Assembly: GCA_046757025.1 (NCBI GenBank)
Contig: JBHHXN010000020.1
Coordinates: forward strand, 1-48,552
Reading direction: 5' to 3'
Source: a bacterium
GTDB lineage: Bacteria > Zhuqueibacterota > Zhuqueibacteria > Oceanimicrobiales > Oceanimicrobiaceae
DNA length: 48,552 nucleotides
The position numbers and the translations under genes are program-made. The notes beneath the pieces are model-generated. The model was not told where the DNA came from, ran no database searches, and worked only from the letters and a program-made list of their open reading frames with translations. Shown here piece after piece: positions 27,604 to 36,127 of this stretch (the first letter of the stretch is position 1; each line of letters opens with the position of its first letter).

Positions 27604-29628
27604 TTGATTATTCCGATAGCAGCAAGTGTTGTGGCAATTGGTTTTGTAGTGTTTCTCATTTTTGATATCATGAAAAAAGATCCCGGAAACGAACGCATGG
27701 TTGAAATTTCAAAAGCGGTTCAAGCCGGAGCAAGAGCCTTCTTAAAACGCGAATATGTGTATATTGGCATTTTCGTTGCGATCATTTCGGTGCTGATCGG
27801 GCTGGCGCCTTTGTTTGCCAATGTGGAATTAGGCTGGAGAACATCCATTGCGTTTGTTTGTGGAGCCTTTGCATCGGCGCTGGCCGGTTACATTGGTATG
27901 AGCATCGCCACCCGCGCCAATAGCCGAACCACGCAAGGCGCCCTCGATGGCGGATTGAAAGGCGCTCTAAGTGTAGCGGTTAGCGGCGGCGCGGTCATGG
28001 GTATGAGTGTAGTGGGCATCTCGTTGCTTGGACTCTGTATCATGTTTATTAGTTTTAAAGGCAACCCGACCATCATCAACGGTTATGCCATGGGGGCGAG
28101 TTTAGTGGCTTTATTCGCCCGAAGCGGCGGCGGCATTTTCACCAAAGGCGCCGACATGGGCGCCGATCTCGTTGGAAAAGTCGAGGCCGGCATTCCCGAA
28201 GACGACCCGCGCAATCCCGCGGTGATCGCGGATAACGTGGGCGACAACGTGGGCGACGTGGCCGGTTTGGGCGCCGACCTTTTAGAATCTTACGTTGAAT
28301 CCATCATTGCTGCCCTCGCCATTGCCGCCTTCATCGGATTATCTTCCTCCGGCACCGTGCAAGCCTCGCTGCAAATGCTGCCGCTGTACATTGCCAGTGC
28401 AGGAATCGTTTCCTCGATCATCGGTATTTTATACGTACGCATTGCCGGCCGCAGCAATCCCCAGGGCTCGTTGATGGGGGGCACATATATCAGCGCGATA
28501 TTAACCGCTGTAGCCGCTTATTTTATCGTCCAGAATGTGGGAACGGCGTTTGAAGAAGATGGTATAAAATTCACCCTCATGGGCCCATTCTGGGCGACCA
28601 TTTCCGGAGTGATTTCAGGCGTGGTAGTGGGATTCTTCAGCGAATATTTTACTTCCAGCAAGTACAAACCCGTAAAGAGATTAGCCGAGGATTCTCAAAG
28701 CGGCCCGGCCCTTACCGTGACCGGCGGCATCTCCATCGGTATGGCATCAACCGCAGTACCGGTCATTGCATTAGCCTTGGCGGTCATGTCGTCTTATCAC
28801 TTTGCCGGCATTTACGGCGTGGCTTTAGCGGCGTTCGGCATGTTAGCTACTACCGGAATGATCGTGGCGGTGGATTCCTACGGTCCCATCGCAGATAACG
28901 CTGGCGGAATTGCAGAAATGGCCGAACTGGACCCCAAAGTTCGAAACATCACGGACAATTTAGACGCAGTGGGCAATACCACGGCAGCCATAGGTAAAGG
29001 CTTTGCAATTGGCTCAGCCGCCTTTGCTGCGCTCGGTCTGCTGGTAGCTTACATGAAAACCGCTCACGTGCAAGTTGCCGACATCAAAGATCCGAAAGTA
29101 CTGGCGGGCTTGCTGATCGGTGGGATGTTTCCTTTCTTTATTTCATCCATGCTGTTTAAAGCGGTGAGCAATGCCGCGTTTAAAATGATCGAAGAAGTGA
29201 GACGCCAGTTCAAAGAAATACCCGGCCTGATGGAAGGCAAAGTTATGCCCGACTCAGCTAAATGTGTGGACATCAGTACCACCGGCGCCATTCAAGGCAT
29301 GCTCGTTCCGGGCTCCCTGGCCATTATTACACCCGTTATTATTGGGCTGGTTCTGGGTCCGCAGGCACTGGCAGGTTTATTGGTTGGAGCACTCATCACC
29401 GGTGTCATGCTGGGAATCCAAATGGCCAATTCCGGCGGCGCCATGGACAACGCAAAAAAGTATGTTGAAGAAGGCAATTTTGGCGGAAAGGGCTCGGAGA
29501 CGCACAAAGCCACGGTGATTGGCGATACGGTTGGAGATCCGCTTAAAGATACCGTCGGGCCTTCCATCAATATTTTGATCAAACTGATGGCGGTAATCTC
29601 TTTGGTGTTAGCGCCAATTTTTATGTAA
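27604..29628 (+). CDS. hppA: Membrane-bound ion-translocating pyrophosphatase (K+-dependent type, likely Na+-PPase)
   Basis: [34 protein letters not shown] (Ala variant), [10 protein letters not shown]. Confidence 0.95.
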   Translation: MIIPIAASVVAIGFVVFLIFDIMKKDPGNERMVEISKAVQAGARAFLKREYVYIGIFVAIISVLIGLAPLFANVELGWRTSIAFVCGAFASALAGYIGMSIATRANSRTTQGALDGGLKGALSVAVSGGAVMGMSVVGISLLGLCIMFISFKGNPTIINGYAMGASLVALFARSGGGIFTKGADMGADLVGKVEAGIPEDDPRNPAVIADNVGDNVGDVAGLGADLLESYVESIIAALAIAAFIGLSSSGTVQASLQMLPLYIASAGIVSSIIGILYVRIAGRSNPQGSLMGGTYISAILTAVAAYFIVQNVGTAFEEDGIKFTLMGPFWATISGVISGVVVGFFSEYFTSSKYKPVKRLAEDSQSGPALTVTGGISIGMASTAVPVIALALAVMSSYHFAGIYGVALAAFGMLATTGMIVAVDSYGPIADNAGGIAEMAELDPKVRNITDNLDAVGNTTAAIGKGFAIGSAAFAALGLLVAYMKTAHVQVADIKDPKVLAGLLIGGMFPFFISSMLFKAVSNAAFKMIEEVRRQFKEIPGLMEGKVMPDSAKCVDISTTGAIQGMLVPGSLAIITPVIIGLVLGPQALAGLLVGALITGVMLGIQMANSGGAMDNAKKYVEEGNFGGKGSETHKATVIGDTVGDPLKDTVGPSINILIKLMAVISLVLAPIFM

Positions 29629-29664
29629 ATTTTTATTACTCATGTACAGGAGGTGACAATTACT

Positions 29665-30135
29665 TTGACACAATACGAAACAACCATTGTTTTTGACTCA
29701 TTTTTGAAAGATGAGGACATGCAAAATCTAACCACCAAAATTCAGAATTTTATAAAAAACAACGGTGGTCAAATTCAAGAAATTGAAGAGTGGGGTAAGA
29801 AAAGATTGGCTTATGAAATAAACAGAAAACAATACGGTAATTATTATCACATTTTATTCACCGGCCAAAGCTCGTTACCGGAGTTATTAGAAAGAGAGTT
29901 TCGTTTAGAAGAATCCATTCTTCGGTACTTAACCATCAAAAGCGATCCCAAGGCTTTGCTCATGAAAGAAAAAGAAGCAACTGAGAAAAAAGAGCGGGAA
30001 AGCAGGCTGGAAGCGGAGTCCGTAGAAATGGCAGCCGGATCCGAAGTGGTGACAGATGCTGAAAAGCAAAATCAGGATGAGGGTGAAAATGCGGGTACCG
30101 TAGAAGAGACAGAAAGCAAAGAAGACAGCCCCTAA
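29665..30135 (+). CDS. rpsF: 30S ribosomal protein bS6
   Basis: YETTIV, EEWGKKRLAYEI, ILRYL; acidic tail; TTG start after AGGAGG. Confidence 0.95.
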   Translation: MTQYETTIVFDSFLKDEDMQNLTTKIQNFIKNNGGQIQEIEEWGKKRLAYEINRKQYGNYYHILFTGQSSLPELLEREFRLEESILRYLTIKSDPKALLMKEKEATEKKERESRLEAESVEMAAGSEVVTDAEKQNQDEGENAGTVEETESKEDSP

Positions 30136-30227
30136 CACTTACAACTTTACCAAGGAGTGCGTATAAGCTAAACGAGCTGAAAATGGATGTGAGTCAGCCC
30201 TGAATTTTTTAAAAGGGAGGATGTAAA

Positions 30228-30749
30228 ATGCAAAATCTAAAGATGCCTGATCTAAATAATGTGACGATTACTGGTAATTTAACCAACGATCCGACATTCA
30301 GAAGAACCAACAATGGCACTCCCGTTGCAAATTTTTATATTGCCTCGAATCGCAAATTTAAAGATAATTCCGGCCAATGGAAGGAAAACGTTTGTTTCGT
30401 GGGTATCGTAGCCTGGCACAAATTAGCTGAAAGCTGTTACGAATATCTCGCAAAAGGCTCAGCCGTGTTGATAGAAGGAGAATTACAAAGCCGCACCTGG
30501 AAATTTGAAGACGGCAGCAACAACCATGTGGTGGAGATTAAAGCCAGAAGGATTCAATTTTTAAACAAACAATCTAAAAAGGATCAGCCACTGGTACTGG
30601 AAGAAAACGACCCTTTTGATGCCTATATATCTGAGTCGGAGGATTATGAGAAACCGGACAAACACAAGCAACAATCCAAAGACCAGGAAAAGGCAAAAGA
30701 ACCCAATACGACTAAAATTAATATTGATTACGATGAACTTAATTTTTAA
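30228..30749 (+). CDS. ssb: Second SSB-family OB-fold protein
   Basis: LNNV.I.GNLT.DP, KGS.V.IEG.LQSR.W; lacks the DDxPF tip. Confidence 0.88.
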   Translation: MQNLKMPDLNNVTITGNLTNDPTFRRTNNGTPVANFYIASNRKFKDNSGQWKENVCFVGIVAWHKLAESCYEYLAKGSAVLIEGELQSRTWKFEDGSNNHVVEIKARRIQFLNKQSKKDQPLVLEENDPFDAYISESEDYEKPDKHKQQSKDQEKAKEPNTTKINIDYDELNF

Positions 30750-30760
30750 AGTGAAGGAGT

Positions 30761-30991
30761 TTGAAATTGATGCTTAAAAAAAGAAAAATATGCCGCTTTT
30801 GTGAAGATGGTATTCAATTCATCGATTATAAAGATGAAAAAAAACTTATGCGATTTATCACAGATCAAGGCAAAATCATTCCCCGAAGAACCTCCGGAAC
30901 CTGTGCCCATCATCAACGCATGGTCAAACGGGCTATTAAAAGAGCCCGTCATCTGGCGCTGATACCTTATGTAGTCGAAATGCCAAAATAA
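30761..30991 (+). CDS. rpsR: 30S ribosomal protein bS18
   Basis: CRFC, IDYKD, GKIIPRR.SG.C..HQR. Confidence 0.97.
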   Translation: MKLMLKKRKICRFCEDGIQFIDYKDEKKLMRFITDQGKIIPRRTSGTCAHHQRMVKRAIKRARHLALIPYVVEMPK

Positions 30992-31046
30992 AATCAGTTT
31001 GAAATCAAATATCTGAGCATAAAATAAAACAGGTGGAATTGTATCG

Positions 31047-31490
31047 ATGAAAATTATTCTTAAAAAAGACTATGAAAATCTGGGATCCATCGGTGACATC
31101 GTGGATGTGAAGGATGGCTTTGCCAGAAACTATTTGATACCGCGACAATTTGCTATGCCAGCCACACCACAAAATATGCACATCCTGGAACAGGAAAAAA
31201 ATCGCGTGGTTAAAAAGCTGACTAAAGAAAAACGCATGGCTGAGCTTCTAGCTGAAAAACTGCAAAAGGTCTCTCTCACTGCCACGGTTGCTGTAGGTGA
31301 AGAAGACAAAGTCTTTGGCGCGGTGACATCGCAGGATATCGCCGAATTGTTGAAGGCCAAAGGATATGAAATTGACCGAAAAAAGATTCATTTGGAAGAA
31401 CCCTTAAAGGCTCTGGGTGTCTATGAAGTGCCGATCAAACTTCACAGTGAAGTTGAATCAAAAATCAAAGTCTGGGTAGTTAAAGAATAG
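31047..31490 (+). CDS. rplI: 50S ribosomal protein bL9
   Basis: MKIILK...LG..GD.V.VKDGFARNYLIP, FGAVT, PLKALG. Confidence 0.97.
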   Translation: MKIILKKDYENLGSIGDIVDVKDGFARNYLIPRQFAMPATPQNMHILEQEKNRVVKKLTKEKRMAELLAEKLQKVSLTATVAVGEEDKVFGAVTSQDIAELLKAKGYEIDRKKIHLEEPLKALGVYEVPIKLHSEVESKIKVWVVKE

Positions 31491-31532
31491 TATAGGATTA
31501 ATCAATAATTCAACGGGTTACATTTTAAATTC

Positions 31533-31560
31533 AAAAGTGGAAGTCAAATCCACTTTTTTT
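31533..31560 (+). terminator. Intrinsic terminator after rplI
   Basis: AAAAGTGGA-N7-TCCACTTTT plus T-run. Confidence 0.75.
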
Positions 31561-31673
31561 ATAGGTCAATCCACCCAAGGCTTTGGGTTTCTTTTTTATT
31601 TGTTTTTTAAAATTTAGATTTGTAAATTAAAATAAATATTTAACTCAATTAAAAATGAGCGGAGGCACCATCT

Positions 31674-31865
31674 ATGGAACGAGACTTTCCAGACTGCCAA
31701 AAATGTTCAAAAGGAATACTGATTCCTCTATCAGATTACGGACGAGAAGGGGCATCCATCATGTATAAAGCCTGGGTTTGTTCAAACCCAAACTGCGGTT
31801 TTAACATTCGCATCGACAATGGGGAAGTTAGTATCGGAAAAACTATCGGACCCTCAATGAAATAA
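31674..31865 (+). CDS. Small Zn-ribbon-like protein of unknown function
   Basis: 63 aa; CxxC ... CxxxxC; GGAGG RBS; bounded by terminators. Confidence 0.75.
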   Translation: MERDFPDCQKCSKGILIPLSDYGREGASIMYKAWVCSNPNCGFNIRIDNGEVSIGKTIGPSMK

Positions 31866-31888
31866 CAACAGAGAGTTAACATTTTTTG

Positions 31889-31929
31889 AATAGGGTATCA
31901 GGAGCTTTTTCCTCATACCCTATTTTTTT
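31889..31929 (+). terminator. Intrinsic terminator
   Basis: AATAGGGTAT...ATACCCTATT plus T-run. Confidence 0.75.
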
Positions 31930-31949
31930 AAAACAATCATTCTATTAAA

Positions 31950-32891
31950 ATGTCTGTGGAAATTCTCAGTGATTATAAAGTAAAGTTAGTCATTTTTCTT
32001 TTTGCCATTTTCATCTGGTTCTTTGTAATTACTGAAAATGTGTTCGAACACGTCATCGACGTACCGATTATTCCCGTAAACATCACTGAGAACAAAGTCA
32101 TATTAAACAAGCTGCCCAAAACCGCCAGAGTTAAAATCAACGGTACGGGCAAAGACCTCATCGCTTTAAGCGTTACCCGCGGCGTACGTCTGGATTTGGA
32201 TCTTTCAAACGTTGAAAGAAGAAAAACGTTCAGTTTAGAACCCCAAAATGTCTTTTTCTCAAGAGTGTCCGGATCTCTCGCGACACAAGAAATCATCACA
32301 CCGGATTCGGTGACGGTGATCCTGGATGATTTCAAAATCAAAAAAGTATCCATCTATCCCAAAATCAAATTAACCACCGCAGATGGATACACCAACGTGG
32401 GCGGTATTCAGATTCGTCCCGATTCAGCGATGATATCCGGGCCGCAAAGTCTGGTGAGTCAGGTCAAAAAAATCTACACAGTAGATGAAGCGTTAACCGA
32501 TATCAGGTTCGATGTCAGGAAAAAAATCGCTTTAGCGCCGGTTCCCTATGAAAAAGTAACATGCAATCTGACTGAAGTCGAAATTTACATAAACATTCAA
32601 AAATTGCTGGAGATCACTTTAACCGGCGTACCCATCGAAATCCGTAATGCACCCAGAAACATGAAAGTCAGCGTGGTGCCTTCCACTTTAAGCCTGGTGC
32701 TGGAAGGCGGCGGCGATTTGCTCACCCAGATAAGCCGAAATGATATCGTGGCTTATATCGATTATCACCGCGCAAAACTTTTACCCAGCAATGAAATTCC
32801 TGCAGCCATCGATACGCCCGGCGGGGTGAGCTACCGGGATGTCAAACCGAAAACATTCAAATTGGTTCTGGAGCGCCGCAGCTCCAATTAA
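31950..32891 (+). CDS. YbbR/CdaR-like membrane-anchored protein
   Basis: N-terminal TM (K...LFAIFIWFFV) followed by three beta-rich repeats (e.g. PDSAMISGP). Confidence 0.75.
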   Translation: MSVEILSDYKVKLVIFLFAIFIWFFVITENVFEHVIDVPIIPVNITENKVILNKLPKTARVKINGTGKDLIALSVTRGVRLDLDLSNVERRKTFSLEPQNVFFSRVSGSLATQEIITPDSVTVILDDFKIKKVSIYPKIKLTTADGYTNVGGIQIRPDSAMISGPQSLVSQVKKIYTVDEALTDIRFDVRKKIALAPVPYEKVTCNLTEVEIYINIQKLLEITLTGVPIEIRNAPRNMKVSVVPSTLSLVLEGGGDLLTQISRNDIVAYIDYHRAKLLPSNEIPAAIDTPGGVSYRDVKPKTFKLVLERRSSN

Positions 32892-32927
32892 GCAATTCGA
32901 CATTTGGCCGATTATTTTTTCTTACAA

Positions 32928-33674
32928 ATGGAAGACCTGGATTTTTTTTACGTGCGACCATCCGACGTAAGTGGGATTTTTTTAACGTTGCAAAAAGAGG
33001 AACTTCATCATTTAGTGCATGTGCACCGCAAAAAACCGGGGGAGCGTTTTTTAGCCAGCGATGGCAAAGGCCACGTTTATGAATGTCAGGTCAAAGCTCG
33101 TGGTTGTGAAGCGAATCGTTTCCCAATTCTAAATGTGCATCACGGAAGCAATGAACCGAAATTCGCCCTGACCCTCGCCGTTGCTATGCCCAAAAGAGAC
33201 CGCTTTGAATGGATACTGGAAAAAGGGACAGAGCTGGGCGTGACTCGATTTATTCCGATGACGACAGAACGGACGATTGTCAAAAGCTCTGTGAGCAAAA
33301 AGCCGCGCTTCGAGAAAATAGTGCTGGCCGGCATGAAGCAATGCCAGCGGGCGGTTTTACCTCAAATTGACGACCCAACAGATTTCTCGGTTTTATGCAA
33401 CACCTCCCAGTCTTTCTCTTTGAAAATTTTGGCGCATGAAAAATCATCGGAGCACAATTTTGAAAAAATATTCAGTGGCCGACCTAATAGGCTAACCCAT
33501 GCTTCGGGCATTTTGTGCATTGGCCCGGAAGGCGGTTTTACTGAAAACGAAATTGCCTTAGCCCGTAGAAATGGCTTTAAAATAGTCGGTCTCGGTCCAC
33601 GACGATTACGTACCGAGACCGCGGCTTTGCTTGGGGCCACACTCCTTCTCGACAAATTTCATGAATTCGAATAG
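32928..33674 (+). CDS. rsmE: 16S rRNA m3U1498 methyltransferase
   Basis: HHL..V.R, EKGTELGV, KQC.R, IGPEGGF, LG.R.LRTETA. Confidence 0.93.
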   Translation: MEDLDFFYVRPSDVSGIFLTLQKEELHHLVHVHRKKPGERFLASDGKGHVYECQVKARGCEANRFPILNVHHGSNEPKFALTLAVAMPKRDRFEWILEKGTELGVTRFIPMTTERTIVKSSVSKKPRFEKIVLAGMKQCQRAVLPQIDDPTDFSVLCNTSQSFSLKILAHEKSSEHNFEKIFSGRPNRLTHASGILCIGPEGGFTENEIALARRNGFKIVGLGPRRLRTETAALLGATLLLDKFHEFE

Positions 33675-33888
33675 CTCACATGCTGGTATTTCACTGATCT
33701 TGCGAAGCGAAATATAACGAGATGGTTAGCTTTCGAAAAAGATCACAATTTAATGCGGGTACACGAAGATATTCATAGTTTACGTATCTACTGGTTCCGA
33801 ATAAAACAACGTGTTTAAGTTTTTTGATAAAATCTTGCGGATTTTACCGGTCATCCTTCATAGTTACCTTAAAAAAGGACTCAGCCTA

Positions 33889-34236
33889 ATGACGCCGAAT
33901 TGCCTATTCTGTGAAATTATTTCTGGAAAAAGAAATGCGGCCATCCTGCTGCAAAATGAGTACCTCACTGCTTTCAATGATATCAATCCCAAAGCGCCGG
34001 TGCACATTTTAATTGTGCCGCAAAAACATATTTCTACTACCAATGATCTCACCCCCGAAGATGAAATGATCGTCGGCAAAATGTTCCTGGCGGCTAAAAC
34101 CCTGGCCGAAGAAGCCGGCATTTCTGAAAAAGGCTACCGTTTGGTGATGAATTGCAATCAGGAAGCGGGGCAATCCGTTTACCACATCCACCTGCATTTA
34201 TTAGGTGGACGCTGGATGCAGTGGCCACCGGGATAA
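33889..34236 (+). CDS. HIT family nucleotide hydrolase (HinT-like)
   Basis: CLFC, AF.DI.P.APVH, GQSVYHIHLHLLGG, WPPG. Confidence 0.95.
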   Translation: MTPNCLFCEIISGKRNAAILLQNEYLTAFNDINPKAPVHILIVPQKHISTTNDLTPEDEMIVGKMFLAAKTLAEEAGISEKGYRLVMNCNQEAGQSVYHIHLHLLGGRWMQWPPG

Positions 34237-34337
34237 TCAAAAAAGAAACCCAGGGTAAGCTTTCAAAAGAGGTTTTCGACGTAAAAATTTATCTTGATTT
34301 TAGCTATTTATTTTTTTAAATTTGCAATTCTTTTTTA

Positions 34338-34461
34338 GTAACTGTTCAGCCTGTTTTGTCATCCCGTAGGTATCTTGTTTGTTTTTTAGCTCTTATTGGT
34401 TTGGCTAAATAATTCTCAGACTCAAAAAAGATTCTTCCAGAATGACAGGCTGAACAGTTAC
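34338..34461. repeat. MITE/REP-like element with perfect 17-bp terminal inverted repeats
   Basis: GTAACTGTTCAGCCTGT (34338-34354) / ACAGGCTGAACAGTTAC (34445-34461); inner TGTCAT...ATCT / AGAT...ATGACA. Confidence 0.75.
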
Positions 34462-34514
34462 CTTTTTTACAAATTTATTGCACTTAATCGAACAAAATCA
34501 ATGTGCATCTTTTA

Positions 34515-34612
34515 ACAGGCTTCTGCAAAATGTAACTTAGAGGGGGTGTTCGGGCCTCGGCCACCTGCAACAGAGAGAGCCTGTGTGAAAACACGAAATT
34601 TTGCATAAATTC
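34515..34612. repeat. Short palindromic repeat, copy 2
   Basis: Shares ACAGGCTTCTGCAAAATG, a G-rich box, CTGCAAC, TGAAA and ATTTTGCA with 22048-22120. Confidence 0.65.
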
Positions 34613-34643
34613 AACTTTATTAAGTAAAGGAGGTTTTTGTTTC

Positions 34644-34841
34644 ATGCCCAGTATCAAAATTCGCGAAGGGGAAAAATTCGAAAGTGCCCTGAAACGGTTT
34701 ACCAAAGCCTGTGTCAATGCCGGTATCTTTTCTGACTATAAAAAGCACCAGTTTTTTGAAAAACCCAGTGAACGTCGTAAAAATAAAATAGCTGCTGCGA
34801 AAAGAAAACAACGCAAACTCATGTTGTCCGGACAAAATTGA
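34644..34841 (+). CDS. rpsU: 30S ribosomal protein bS21
   Basis: E.FESALKRF.K, FFEKPSE.RK. Confidence 0.95.
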   Translation: MPSIKIREGEKFESALKRFTKACVNAGIFSDYKKHQFFEKPSERRKNKIAAAKRKQRKLMLSGQN

Positions 34842-34883
34842 TTCCTTTCTGAATTCAATATTCAACTTTTAAAATAAAATACC

Positions 34884-35330
34884 ATGTCAATTCAAGAACA
34901 GTTGATGGAAGACCTGAAAGCAGCCATGAAGGCGAAGGATATGTTGAAGGTCAATACCATCCGAATGCTGAGAGCACAATTGAAAGATTTTCAAATTGCT
35001 AAAGGCGAAGAACTTTCGGAAGAGGATGTTTTGCAGGTTTTAAGCAATGCCGCTAAAAAAAGGAAAGAAGCGATTGAAATCTATGAAACCAGCAGTCGCG
35101 TCGATTTGATCGAAAAAGAAAAAACCGAGCTAAAAATCATTTCCGCTTATCTTCCGGAGCAACTTTCCGAAGAAGAAATCGAACAAATTGTGGTGAAAGT
35201 CATCGAGGAAACCGGCGTGCAGTCTATGAAAGAGTTCGGCAAAGTCATGTCTGCGACCATGTCGCAATTGAAAGGCCGGGCAGACGGCAAAAAAGTACAG
35301 GAAATTGTGCGAACTAAATTGAGCGGGTAG
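34884..35330 (+). CDS. GatB/YqeY domain protein
   Basis: DLKAAMKAKD, K.R.E.I..Y, YLP.QLS, GKVM, GRADG. Confidence 0.93.
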   Translation: MSIQEQLMEDLKAAMKAKDMLKVNTIRMLRAQLKDFQIAKGEELSEEDVLQVLSNAAKKRKEAIEIYETSSRVDLIEKEKTELKIISAYLPEQLSEEEIEQIVVKVIEETGVQSMKEFGKVMSATMSQLKGRADGKKVQEIVRTKLSG

Positions 35331-35494
35331 GCACACCTCAAATCTCCAGGCAAAATTAGCAAAGTGAATGGCCCTTTTATTATGTACTTTTTTTGTCAAA
35401 TTCCAAGAGAGGCATTACACCATCAACAAATTACTTGCTAAATAACTCTCCTTTTAATAACTTCCCGTCAGCGATTCCAACTTAGTTTATTGCG

Positions 35495-36127
35495 ATGAAT
35501 TATCTCGATTTCATTATTCTGGCGGTAGTGATCTATTTTACCGTGAAAGGATTGTTTCGCGGTTTTTTCCAGGAAGTGCTGGGATTTCTCGGATTCATTT
35601 TCGCATTTATCGTTGCGACGAAATTCATGAGCAATGCGGCCGCTGCGATCCAGTCTTTCATGAAAATCCCTCCGATGTTGACGACGCTTCTGGGCTTTTT
35701 AGTCATCTTTTTCGGTATCGTTTTTATTTCGCATATCCTCACTCATATCCTCCAAAAAATATTCCGATACTCCGCTCTGGGCTGGTTCGAAAAATTGGCC
35801 GGTGGTCTGGTGGGTTTCCTAAAAGGCGCGACCATCATGAGTCTGTTGTCGATTTTTATTTCCATGATTCCATTCGGAACCACTCTGATTCCAGGTCTCA
35901 AAGAAAGCCAACTTTTTGAACCGACTCAAAGATTTGCCCCGAATGTTTTTAACAAAATTATGAAAATCGTGCCGGATTCCAAATCGTTTTATGGAGAGCT
36001 TAAAGAAAGTTTTGAAAATTTTTCTCAAACCGAACTCGCCAAAAATACCCAGAACTTCTTGAAAACATTCAAAAATAATGGCCAGAACAACGAAAACAAA
36101 TCAACCAATGACGACCCATCTCAGTGA
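35495..36127 (+). CDS. cvpA: CvpA (colicin V production) family membrane protein
   Basis: MN.LD.II, G..RGF..E, LG...K..GG..G..KG. Confidence 0.88.
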   Translation: MNYLDFIILAVVIYFTVKGLFRGFFQEVLGFLGFIFAFIVATKFMSNAAAAIQSFMKIPPMLTTLLGFLVIFFGIVFISHILTHILQKIFRYSALGWFEKLAGGLVGFLKGATIMSLLSIFISMIPFGTTLIPGLKESQLFEPTQRFAPNVFNKIMKIVPDSKSFYGELKESFENFSQTELAKNTQNFLKTFKNNGQNNENKSTNDDPSQ

